Source: Podarcis filfolensis
Taxonomy: Eukaryota
Length of the DNA: 64,000 bases
NCBI GenBank assembly: GCA_964270895.1
Contig: OZ185438.1
Strand: one strand, 5' to 3'
The notes under the pieces were generated by a model that was not told where the DNA came from, did no database searches, and saw nothing but the letters and a program-made list of their open reading frames with translations. Shown here piece after piece: positions 11,823 to 23,913 of this stretch (within the stretch, counting starts at the first letter, position 1; every line of letters begins with the position of its first letter). Both the position numbers and the translations under genes were made by a program.

Positions 11823-14800
11823 CTACTGTATAATATTTTATATGAATGGTATAAAAGACTAAATAGGAGATGTTTTTTCCCAGCAAATTATCTTTCTTGC
11901 ACACATTGTAGATTAGATGTGTCCAGGTTCATATAACTTCTTATCAAAATAAATATTTCAAAATGTATTTTCTAAAAAATCCAATACATTCTCAATCTGG
12001 CATCAGCTTGAGGCTTTTTTCATTCTTTCTCACGTTCATAAAGAAGCTGAAATATATAATTAATGTTGCTTGTTGCTGCATGCTAAAATATATGAAGAGC
12101 TTATATAGTATTCTGATCAGATACTACTACCATGATACCCTATTACTGAATACCATTTAGAGAGAAAAGTCATCTACTTGAACAGTAGGGTTTTCGGTCC
12201 ATACTCTGTCTAGTGTGCCTACACCATCATTTTTCAAGTATTGCATTTATAGCTTATGAAAATTGATCTTTATATGTAGGAACAGTACATTTAAAATGAC
12301 ATATTTATGAGAAATGATGGCATACTTTGATAAAAAAGAGCATTGTTCAGAAACATGGTATATGAACATGGTAGTAACTTGCCAAGTCTGGATGTGCTGA
12401 ACAGATCTGTGAGTACAATTATTTGTGACCCCCATAAATGACTTCTTCATTATTGCCATCCAAGGAAGTAGTGGCTGGGTTTTGCATGCTGAAATGCATG
12501 CTTGACTTCAAGCATTTAAGCAGTAATCTTTGGAACTTATTAAAGAGAAATGCAGATTTAACAACATCCTCTTTCTGAAAACGGCCACTCTCTGATTTAA
12601 TTGTCTTGAGCATACTGTATTTATCTCATGAACGAATAAAGTTTATTTAAGGAGAGAGATATACAGTAGCCAAATCCATACAATTAAACCAAAATTTTCT
12701 TCTTTTCTCAAAAGACAGTTGTCAGTGATGTTTTCAGATTTGTTGATGTGTCCATATGTACCTCCATTTTTAAAAAAAAGAAAATTATAAATGTACAAAG
12801 CTCCTGCTCATGATTAATGATGCCTGGCAGATCTGTGATCTTGAATGAAAAACTATATGCAGTGGGCTAATGAATCCTATAGATATGAATCTTCTGGCTT
12901 CAAGGTCCACCCCCATCCACTGCACCCAAGCTGCCCTCAGCTTTGGAGATTGCAGGAGGCGGGGAGACAGAAAAGTGTTATGGGAGTGGGGGAACACCCT
13001 TGTTTTTACACTATTCCCTTCCATTGGGTGGAAACACTAGTTGCTTCCATGGGATAGATTCCCACTGTGCTTGTGGGTGTCTGAGGTGAGCTAGGAATCA
13101 GTGTAGTTGTCCTCCTCCCCATCCTTGTTGCCACACAGAACAGAAGTTGTTGGGTGGCTGGAAGGAAAATTAATCATGCGGGCTCCAAGTCTGGCGTATT
13201 GTCTCTCCCTTACCAAGGTATGTCAGAGGAATGGGAAGATCCTGTGGATACAGTGGATCCAAACATGTTCCCTTTCCCTCCCTGCTGCCATTGGAATGCT
13301 GATGACAGAAGTAAGTCAAACATGGAAGTTTCTGTGGGTAGAAAAAGGAAGCCTCCGGGAGTGTACTCCTCCCTATCCATGGCCCCTCTTTTCCATCCTC
13401 AGAGGGGAAGATCTGCAATGGCCCCTAAGACACTCTACAAGGGACCATAGGATTACACCCTTATCCTTTACACTGTACTGTTAAACCAGAGTGATGGATA
13501 TTACATTATTTTGATACATCATGTTTTAGGCAGTTTTTAAAAATGAGTATGGCTGTACCCTTCACCCAGATATCCAACCTATGCAAGGCATTTGATATAT
13601 CTATGTAAACAATTACGGAGTGAGTATAGTGTGAGAGTGTCTTTTAAGTAGTAAAGAGTATTGTAATGTGATTATTCAGTTTATGGCTGTGATCCAGAGA
13701 AGCTGCTGCCAGGTGACAAGAGGTCTGCATTTGCAGACAAATTGCTTATGAGAATGTAAATTGCCACGTGCAATATTCTTCATAGCGATGATCTCAGGCA
13801 TTTACAGGGCTCACAGCCATCATCCACATTGTGCCAAATTGTACACTTATAGAGGTGTAGCACTTTGCATAACTATTTGGTTAAGTGTGGCGAGGAACAG
13901 CCTGCCAATTATATACCGCCTTTATTTACCTTGGTGTAGCTCCTGATCTCTAAAGAATAAATGGATTTCAGGCCTGGTGAATCTTGAACCAGAAACCTGC
14001 TCTTTATGTACTACTACAGTAGTGCCCTCTCAGTTGCCTTCTGATATCTTATTTTCAAAGTATCTCCACTCATCAAGCTGCTTCAAGCTGATTGAAATTT
14101 TAACCTTACTGTCTTCTGTGAGCTACAAATGTTCATGCTGCAGGAAAGAGCAGTGCATGGCAGGAAAAGAAGGAAACACAGAGAGAAGCAAGTGGAATGA
14201 AACAGGCCATAACTTTAATAGATACATACAACTTCAGGAAAGTATTGGTGCACCATGCAGGATCTGGACTGATGCAATCTGTCTGTTATCTGAAATGTAT
14301 CAGCCACCCAGGCAGCCTGCTTAGGTGGATATGGAAGAAGAATGGTGCAGGTCTTCTGTCTTCTCCTGGTGGGCTTGATCCTTCTGGAAAAGCAAGTTGG
14401 GCAGTCATCAAGAGCTGGTAGGAAGAGGAAGAGGCCAACAGTCACAGTGTATGCAGCCACTTAACAGGTCAGCATGACCAATGACAAAGGATAATGGGAG
14501 TTGTAGTCCCTTAGACTGTGACTGCTCCTTGAAGGCTCCACCCCCATATATGGTTCCTTCAACTAACTGAGCAACCCTCCACCCCATAGCTGGAGAATAG
14601 GGATTTTTAAAGGAGCAGCCCTTTGACCCGAAGCACAGCAATTCATTCTCTCTCTTATGTTTGAAGCTTTTTAGTTTAGCAAGAAAAATGAGTAAGAGGT
14701 GACGTTATAGAAGACTATAAAATTATGCATGGGGGAAAAAACCCACTTAGCATAGAAAGTCCATTAGAGAGTCTGCTCCATAACATTCTAGTTTCTGTTT

Positions 14801-15623
14801 TCATGAATTATTTTTGCACTGGGCAGCATTTGCTTATATATAGACTACAACCACCTTCAGCCTCAACTAGTACAGCCCAGTCTTGAATTTACCACCTCAA
14901 TGAGAACTTGGCCATTCCTGGATGGTATTTCTGGTAATTATCAGTACTTGCACTTAGTTAAATTCCTTTGCCTGTTCTGCTGTTGATGCTGCAAACACTT
15001 CAGTTGTGTTATGCCAACCCACTCCTCAGTAGCAGATGCTCAATTCTCAAGCTACAATAGCCTCCCTCTGTTGTTAATGTACAAGGCAGATCAAAATACA
15101 TTTAACCTATATGTGATGCTTTTTGGCTCTGGCCCACTGCCTGGAGCAAATTGTATCAAAGCAATGATTTCTTCAATAATGCCAGTTGATATGTTGAAAA
15201 CTGACATGTAGTAATGGGTGTCACATTAAGTGGTACCTTTGGTACAGAAGTCCAGTGCACTGAAGAAAAAACTATCAAGAAAAAGAAAGAACTGTTTTGA
15301 ATACCTGAATATTAGCTCAATCAGCATGTTCAGAGTTATTCAATAACTTTAAAATCCCACTGAAAACATAAACTCCACTGTAGCAGGGATGTGTTTTATT
15401 ATATTTGTTTAGTATAAATCTGTAGAGTATTTGCAATGGATATTACTTCCATATGAAAACTTTGACTTTCTGCTTCAAGGAGACTAGATATTTATAATAA
15501 AAAAGAAACAATAGTGTGTGTATGGAGTGCTGGATTCTATGAACCAAGGGTGAGAGAAACAGTGACACTTTGTATGTTGTTGAACTCCAGCCACATGGAC
15601 AATGGTCAGAGATGATGGAAATT

Positions 15624-16120
15624 CATAGAACCATAGAATTGTAGAGCTGGAAGGGACTCCAAGGGTCATCTAGGTCATCCCCCTGAAATGCAGGAATCTC
15701 AAATGAAGCATTCATAACAGATGGCCATCCAATCTCTGATTTAAAAACTCCAATGAAATAAAGTGCAGCACCCTCCAATGGAATCTATTGCACTGTCAAA
15801 CACCTCTTACTCAAAACTTAGAAAGTTTATCCTGATGTTTAGTTGGAATCTCCTTTCTTGTAAATTGAAGCCCTTGGTTCAAGCCATACCCTCCGGAGCA
15901 GGAGAAAACAAGCTTGCTCCATCTTCTACATGACAGCCCTTTAGATATTTGAAGATGGCTGCCATAGCTCCTGTCAGTCTTCTCTTTCCCAGGCTAAACA
16001 TACTCAGCTCCTTCAACTGTTTCTCATAAGGCTTGGTTTCCAGACCCTTGATCACCTTGATTACCCTCATCTGCACACGTTCCAGCTGGTTGACATCCTT
16101 CTTAAATAGTGGTGAATTGC
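15624..16120 (-). mobile_element. CR1 LINE 3' fragment (older copy)
   Basis: Translation FKKDVNQLERVQMRVIKVIKGLETKPYEKQLKELSMFSLGKRRL is homologous to the CR1 at 11 kb. Reverse tail catagaa/ccatagaat at about 15624. Confidence 0.9.
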
Positions 16121-16422
16121 CACATACCAAATCACATGTCATTGACTAGATCATATGTCTCATGGTCAGAATGACTTTACATTTTTTTGTTGTGAATTCC
16201 TAGAAGCCTTTAAAAAGACACCTTAACTAGAATGAAACTTGGTGCATTTTCATTCTAGATGGTTGTTGCTGTTGCCCACTTGATCTTATCACTGTTAAAC
16301 ATGCTTGGTAACTTATTCACTGGAGTACTGCACTGCGCTCTATAAATTGCTCCAGTTACCAATTTTGCTTTACCTGTACTTCTGATTTTTTCCAAGGCCA
16401 ATTAAAGATGTTGGTTATCTTT

Positions 16423-16756
16423 AAAGGATAACCTGACAGTTAAGTCCAGTCGCAAACGACTCTGGGGTTGAGGCGCTCATCTTGCTTTACTGGAGACAGT
16501 TTTTCTGGGTCATGTGGCCAGCATGACTAAGCTGCTTCTGGCGAAACCAGAGCAGCTCACGGAAACTCCGTTTACCTTCCCGCTGGAACAGTACCTATTT
16601 ATAAACTTGCACTTTGACATGCTTTCAAACTGCTAGGTTGGCAGGAACGGGGACCAAGCAATGGGAGCTCACCCCATCACAGGGATTAGAACTGCCGACC
16701 TTCCGATCGGCAAGCCCTAGGCTCAGTGGTTTAGACCACAGCGCCACCCGCATCCC
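16423..16756 (-). mobile_element. Sauria SINE
   Basis: Head gggatgcgggtggcgctgtggtctaaacc on the minus strand, plus the diagnostic gtcatgtggccagcatgac and gtacctattta blocks. Confidence 0.9.
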
Positions 16757-16871
16757 AATTTTAAAATATTAGAATTTAAATAGTGGCTGTGAAAGGCAAG
16801 TTTGGAATTTCATCTGTAAGACTGTTTATAATGTGGTTACTCCACTCATGGTACTCCTGCATTAGTATTGA

Positions 16872-16992
16872 TAGTTCAGTTGTTTAGAGCATGGTGCTGA
16901 TAATGCCAAGGCTGCAGGTTTGATCCCTGTATGGGACTACTACATATTCCTGCATGGGGTTGGTCCCTTCCAACTCTGTGATTCTATGATAT
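16872..16992 (+). mobile_element. tRNA-derived SINE with CR1-type tail
   Basis: A-box/B-box-like head (tagttcagttgtttagagc...ggtttgatccc) joined to ggtcccttccaactctgtgattctatga, which matches the 3' end of the CR1 at 11.8 kb. Confidence 0.75.
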
Positions 16993-18846
16993 AGAGCCTT
17001 CAGCTGAAACAAATGTGTCTCTCCAATATTGGTCTCTATAGCCACAACAGACACTATAACTCTCCAACAATTTGACTTCACCCCCAAAGGCACACTCTTC
17101 CATTGTCTCCCGAGACAGATGGATGCTAACTAGCTCCGCTCAACACAGACGTATCAGTTAAGTCAAAATTCTGTATTTCAATAGCATGAATGAAAACAAT
17201 TCATGAAAATGGTTACAAATAATTACACATATAAAATAAGAATTAATATCCAATTCAAAAAATAACAAACAGAACTACCAGCGAATCAAATCTAATGACA
17301 ACAGAAGCTTATATTGAAGGTACCCTGGTATTTGAGCCATTTAGCAAGGGTGTGCATTTGGCTGAGGCAAATCTTGTGTCCCAAGCCAAATTGGGCAGAT
17401 TTTGAAAGATTCAGAGCTGAATCAAGCTGCTTCTGATTTCTCAGGTTTGCCTTGGAACTTTGGAGATCCCAGCAAACTCAGACAGACTCAGACTGTATAG
17501 GACTGCAGCCTTAATAAATTCCAGTGATGTTTTCTTCCATAAAAGAATTTGGATTTAAGTGTGTGTATTTCAAACAGCACAGTAGCTTATGCACTTCCAA
17601 ATAACATATGAACTAGATTTGCTGTTTCGAACCTAAATTATGCTTTGCATTTCCCAGATGTAATGAAAGAAATAATCCACACTGAAGGGATTATAGTTAT
17701 AGCAGAGTGGGGTGGCGATTTAAGGAGGGTGGTGTGACACTGATTCAAAACCAGCTCAATTACTACACAGAAAATTCTTAGAATAACTAAAGTTCCATCG
17801 TCAGTCTTTGACAAGCCATATAAATTTCATTTGTTGCACTTTCTTGAAACATTGTGCCATAAACAGAATAAAATTGCAGGCATATAAGATTTCCGACTTG
17901 GACAGCCAAATTCAGTTTACAATGCATGTATGGTGGCTGTCAAGGAGCTCAACCTGTTTTATTTGCTGCCTGCCTGTGACAGCACACAGTTGTCCAGCAC
18001 TTGGAATGTCACAATACGAGGCTGCTTGGGGGTGGTGCAGGTCACAAGCAATGCAGGCCTGTTTTTGAAATTGAGTTGTCACTGCCAGTGCTGAAACCTG
18101 AAATGCTTGAAAGCCACTCAAACTCAAAGCTGCATTTCTTTAAAGAAATAGTTACCTTTTTATAATAATAAAAAACCAGTTGAGTATAGTTCTGTTCCAG
18201 AAGATGAACAAAAAAATTATTTATCTATACATTCAATATATTTATATTCCACCCTTCCTCCCAAAAGGTCCCAGGGCAGCAAACAAGTGATGAGCCAATG
18301 AAAAACGTCTTTAAAGCATTTCACATATTCATTCAAAAATAATGACCAGTTGCCCTTAGATATTCTTTTCAGTTACTAGTGAGCAAATTCATTGGAAGTA
18401 TATAAAATTCAGTGTGTGTGTGTTTGTGTGTGTATAGGTAACTTGCATCTTACACTTATTAAACATACACTCTCACAGCTTTACGTGCATTTCTGAAAAA
18501 GAATAATAGTTGTTTTTTTTTAAAAAAGCCACAAAAATGGCTTGCATGGGGGGGGGAATAGAAAATGGGGTGCAAACTATAAGCATGGCGGCAAGGGGGT
18601 GGAAGGAGAGCACGATAAAATGGCCAGCAATCCCAGCAGCCTTCATAAGAGTGTTTGGGTGTGGATAAGGTGGTTGGAGACAGTGAGCAGAGGAGGCCAG
18701 AGAGACTTGCAGAGGGGTTTGGAGAGACATCAGTAGAGGCTGGAGTGTGGAAGAGGTGGTTGGAGAGAGTGATCAAAGGAAGCCAGAAAAACATCAAAGG
18801 GGTTTGTAGTGTGGAACAGGTGGTTGGCAGAGCTTCAGACTGCAGA

Positions 18847-20486
18847 ATGGCCCCAAAATGCAAGGCAAGTACAGCTGCTGAGAAAACAAAGAAGCGGAGG
18901 GTGGGGTGGCTGAAACGAGTCCAGCATCCATGCCATCAAGGTGTGTGAGAAGGCGATCCATGGGACTGTGGCAGCAAGCACACCACTGACTACAACGTTG
19001 ACCAGCCAAGTGTGGAAGAAGGCTTTGGTGAAGATGAATAAGGTATTGAACTTGGGCTGGAAGGAAGATATGAACTAGAAATCTGTTTCTGTGGGTGGCA
19101 GCATCTTCTGCCAGAAAAGCTCTGAGCTTCTATGACCACTTTAAATTTTCCATCACGGATGGGGACCAGTCTGCCAAAGAATTTAAAGCCAGCTCAAAAT
19201 GACTGAATTACAGGGGAGGTTGCATCTATAGACAAAGAGGCTACAAACATGTACCCTGCCCAACTGAAGTGGCTGCTGGACAATAAGGCGTATCTTCTAG
19301 AGCAAGTCTTCAGTGCAGAAAAGATGGGGCATTTCTGGAATAAAATGGCTGAGCAGATTTAACATTGCCAAAGCTGAAAAGCATGCTCCCCATTTCAAAG
19401 CTGCCAATGATCAAGTGATTGTACTGATCTGTGGCAATGTGGTCGGACACTTAATAAACACAGGCTTGTTGTACAGATCTCCAACTCCCATGCCCTAAAA
19501 GGAAAATGTAAAGTGATACTGCTTGCGGACACTGCTCCGGGGCATCCTGAGGGATTCCACATTGCACACAGGGAGGTAGAGATTGACTTCCTCCCCTCCC
19601 CAATACATCTTCCCTCATCCAACCTCTGGATAAAGGTGTTATTCAGTGCTTCAATACTGCTTACATGACACTCACTTTCTTCTGTATGATCTACATCAGG
19701 GATGTCCAACAGGTAGATCGCGATCTACTGGTAGATCTCTGCGATGTTTTTGTCAATCACGGTCGATCGCTGGCCCCCTTCCGGCCCCACCCTGCCCCGC
19801 CCTACATTGTTGGAGAACGGAAGACGGAGTTTACAAACAGAGGCTGTCCCCCCCCCCAGCAATTCTTTTGTGATTTGCTGTTTCTCTTCAACATTGCTCA
19901 TTGCATCATTTATATCAAACTGGCAGTGGATGCACACTGGCGTAACTTGTAGAAGGGATGTGTGCATGATTTCAAGGGATTTCCAAGCATTGCCACTGAA
20001 GTTGAGGACACTGTGAAGATGATCAGGTAAGTGGGTGGTGATGGCTTTGTTGACCTCATCCAAGAAGTGGAATAGCTAATTGAGGGCCAATAGGTATTGA
20101 AGAACTGGAAGAACTGGTCAGATCAAGTTCAGAATGTGAGGAAGAGGATGAAGATGGCACATGAGCCAGCAAGCTGGAACCTGCAGAAATTTTCTCAACT
20201 CTTCCACATCACAAAGCATGCAAATGGTCTGATTGTAGAGGTTGACCCCTCCATGGAATGCAGCCTCAGAATAATCCATGGGATTAGAGACACTCTGAGG
20301 CCATATGTCATGTTTGATGAGCTCAAGACACAACAGCAGCAGCTTCCAACCACCATGTTCCTCACAAAGAAACCAGCAGCAGCACCAAATGTGTCCATGC
20401 ACAGCAGCTCTGGCTACTGGTCAACCCCCCTGGTCCTCGCATCATCTGTAGCATCACCCAGCAAGGGAGAGGAGGAAGAAGACTAA
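18847..20486 (+). pseudogene. Tigger-like DDE/D transposase pseudogene
   Basis: Multiple stops and frameshifts plus an internal insertion. The supplied ORFs 19313-19498, 19665-19952 and 20097-20486 are its fragments. Confidence 0.85.
19697..19880 (+). mobile_element. hAT-type MITE left arm nested in the Tigger transposase
   Basis: Starts cagggatgtccaac (hAT-like terminus), is CpG-rich, and contains the perfect 16-bp palindrome gtagatcgcgatctac (19713-19728). It interrupts the transposase homology, and no right TIR is seen. Confidence 0.6.
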
Positions 20487-21490
20487 GCATCCCATTTCCC
20501 CTGATGGACCAGCTTCTATTGTATCTTTTACATTCCCTCATCATATATCAGAAAAGGAAACCCGGGGTGGTGGTGTCCTAAGCATTTATAATTCCCAACT
20601 TTATATGATTAATTTGCCCTACCTGACAGTACAAGTAGGCTAACAATTATATGCTGTAGTATAGAAAATATTTTCAAAAGTTACCATAAATGAGTCAAAT
20701 TGATGGCAGTCCTCAGAGACAGGAATGTAATTATGACTGTCAAAGTTGTATTCGCTTCACTGTCAATCACTGTGATGGAGCAGTACTTGGCCCTTGAGGA
20801 TGCTTGAAATGCAAAATGAGCCATGAATTGGCCAAAAATCATCTAGAGATTGCACCTGTCATTTCATGACCTTAAAAATAGATGAGAAGCTTTAGAGGAA
20901 TATTAGGGTTTGGAACTTGATACCACCACCTCTTCCACCAAATAATTTGGCAATTAAGAAAGAGTTAATCAGAAGACTTGATGTACCCGTTTTAGGATAA
21001 ATAATTTGAGATTGCAAAAAAGTGGTCCACCCCTGCAGATATTAGGGACTCAGCATTGGTAGAAAATTGCATTTCCCAGGATTCCTTCCTTCTGGAACGC
21101 TGCTGTAGCAGAACCCCAGGTGGAAGAGGGAGTAGGAAGCAGAAGCCTTAAAAAGAGACACAGAGGTCTAAGACCTTTCTGCCATGATTGCCAGTTTAGT
21201 TTGGAAAAAGAGAATGAAATAATAAGGAAGAAAGGACTAGAAACTGGTGGTAGTGGGTGAAATTCCACTATGAATCAATACAAGACAACATGAGCACAAG
21301 CCCAAATTTAGAAGGCCCTAGACTCAACTTGAATTATGGAGAAGCATTTTCCTTGGTGAATTATTTTTTTTCTGAACTCTCTGAATTCAAACATTGACTT
21401 CATCATGACCAAGAACCTGTTGGATAATGGAGCCCCTGACAGATATAAATTTAAATTAACAAGTATGATTATCCTTTCTCAGTTCACATA

Positions 21491-21789
21491 TGTTATAATC
21501 CAAGGCCAATCCACACCAGAACAGTCAAACTAAAATTCTGTTTGGCTTCAGCCAGGATTATGGGGTTCTGGATCTCTTTAAAGGTTAAGGCATGTTACTC
21601 TTAAAGTTATAATGTTAGTGTACATAAAATGCTGTATTTGAATGCATTGTATCTGAAATGTTGTAAAGGGAAGTTTACCTTAGCCAAGAAGTTCCACTCT
21701 GGCAAAAGCACCAGTGAAGGCTAGTATAGAAACATGAGCTTCAGGAAGCTGAAACTTGAAAAGCCAGTGTATGCTTGTTGGAGATGGCT

Positions 21790-21828
<39 letters not shown>

Positions 21829-22075
21829 TGCAGAGTAGATCCACAATGATGCACAAGCTTAGGATCTCCCTCTGAGAACAGAGAGAGGGAAGTTTATTGA
21901 ACTGCATAATGGACTGAACCTCATTGCTTGTTTTCAATCAGTTACTTTGTTATTTTGTGTTTATCTTATTGTAACTAGTATTTAAGAATGTTCTGCAGTA
22001 AAGTTTTGAAACACATTTTTGTGGTAGAGAGAATTCATTTCTATGCAAGGCCCTGATCAGGGATCCCGCTGAACA
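21491..22075 (+). mobile_element. Possible solo LTR (Gypsy-like)
   Basis: TGTT...AACA ends, an internal (CAG)12, and an AGTAAA signal about 80 nt before the end. No TSD found, so boundaries are uncertain. Confidence 0.3.
21792..21827. repeat. (CAG)12 microsatellite
   Basis: Directly visible perfect trinucleotide run. Confidence 0.98.
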
Positions 22076-23865
22076 AGTCTAACAATTAGTGCATACTTTA
22101 CTGACAACAGGATTAGATAGTAAATGGCAGTCAGAGGGAAATAAATGCTCTAATAATTGTTAAGAAATTCACCTTCTGTAATATATTTTTCATTGCTTAG
22201 AATTCCTGATCTTTTAACTAAAAAAATTAGTGTCATACCATGCATCAGTAGTAATATACTAATGCAATAAATATAGAAAATCTCAGATAATATAATGATT
22301 AGGGTCCATTGCATCCGTGTGATAGCTAACTATATCTAACCCAGAGATGGCATATTGCTTTCAAGAAACTGAGCTTAAGAAAATACAGGAGGTAAATGCT
22401 GGGAAATGACCCCTTTATGTAATCTGTTATATGCCTGGAAGAAGGACAGGAGAACAGAATGTGCAAAAGTCTGTAAAAGAAAGTAATTGTAGGCCTTTGT
22501 GGGTCATTGAATTTTAGAAGAGAGTTTTATAACTTACAGCATCCTTCCAGACTGAAGAAAGGTTATGCAGTATGCAAGGGCAGAAAAGAAGACATGAAGC
22601 AAAAAAACCCAAACAGGCAAACAAACTGCCAGGCACAAAGCTGCTTATAAGGCTGCTCTTGTAGGTGAATCGGGGGGAGGGGATCATGAAATCTGTTTCA
22701 GTATCCCCAAATTCCTTACCCTACAAAGGTTGTTGGCCAACACCTTGCATCAGCTCCAGCCATTGTGGCCAATGGTTAGGGATGATGGGAGCCGCATTCT
22801 GAAACCTGTAGAGAGCATGAGGTTGGGGAAGGCTGGCCTGTTGCTTTGGGACATATATTTCATAGCATGCAGGTACTATCAATGGAAATGGAAATGGGGA
22901 TCAGAATACATATATAGGGCTGTGTCTAACATTCTTTGTCCGAGGATTCTTGGGCTAGCTAGGTTTTCACATGCAACAGAGAAATGAACCCATTGCATCA
23001 GCTGTGCTAATGGAAACTCGCTGCACAACAGATTGTGGAATCTTTGGTGCAACAAAGTTACCAGCGACCACTTTATCCATCCTCTTGTGCAACAATGTTC
23101 TGCCGATGGAAAGCATTTTGCCTGTAGAACAAGCACACCACTTTTTCACAACAGTCGATGACCATTTTTGTGTGGGAGTTCCGTTTCTGATTACCACACA
23201 CATTGGTGGAGGATGTATGTGCACCCCACCCCATTCTATCCTTTTAGTGGCATGCTTTGTGGTGTCTTCTGTCACTTCTGGGTCCAGTGCTGGGCGTGTG
23301 TGCACGATTGCGCATCTTTTGGAGTCCTTTTGGACTATGAGGTCTCCTTGTCTGCAAGTATTATATTTTGGACGAACATTGAATCTAACTTGAGATCTGT
23401 CTTTATGAAGAACCATCTCAAATTAATTATTGGCTAGTGGATTGTAAATAAGCATTCAGATGCTACTATGTGCACCTCACCTTTGGTTCCTAGTCACAAT
23501 AATAATTTACTGTCTGTTTAAAGTGGAATTGAAGACTACACAATTTAGTTCACATTTAGATTACCTCTCAAGCACTATATGTCCTAAACCTGATTGATAG
23601 CCTGGACAGCCAAACTGCTGGATCTTGCTGAATTTCAAGTACACAGGATAAATCATACCCATTTTGTTTTTTACTATCTATTTTACTTTAAAGGGGTAGC
23701 CAAAGACCTAGAGTGAGATTCAGCACAGTGCAAGGAGGCACCTGCTCATGCACTGGGGCATCTTCTTCCTCTCCTGCCAGCCTGCAGCCCACCTGGCACC
23801 ACCGAAACCTTTTCTGGAGAACTGGGGCTCCTTCTGGACCAGTTTTTGGCAGTGTGTGTTTGTAG

Positions 23866-23913
23866 GGTGCAGAGGAGAAAGCAGAAGTCCCATTACATAA
23901 GCAGATTCTGCAA
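23866..23913 (+). CDS. Candidate 48-nt symmetric (phase 0/0) exon
   Basis: gtgtgtttgtag|GGTGCAGAG...CTGCAA|gtgagt, translating as GAEEKAEVPLHKQILQ. Not recognised. Confidence 0.2.

Larger units (their letters stand above)
18440..20560 (+). mobile_element. pogo/Tigger-family (Tc1/mariner superfamily) DNA transposon, decayed; ends approximate
   Basis: Frameshifted transposase segments: MAPKCKAS (18847), EQVFSAEKMGHFWNKM, KAEKHAPHFKAANDQVIVLICGN, QPLDKGVIQCFN, FNIAHCIIYIKLAVD, DFKGFP, DPSMECS...LPTTMFL. These resemble TIGD1/Tigger1 transposases. TIRs were not identified. Confidence 0.85.

Noticed and set aside
16872-16940. tRNA gene-like sequences (also at about 2450-2520, 46020-46075 and 57558-57610)
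   Set aside because: They are degenerate A/B-box heads fused to SINE bodies and LINE-type tails, with no complete cloverleaf.
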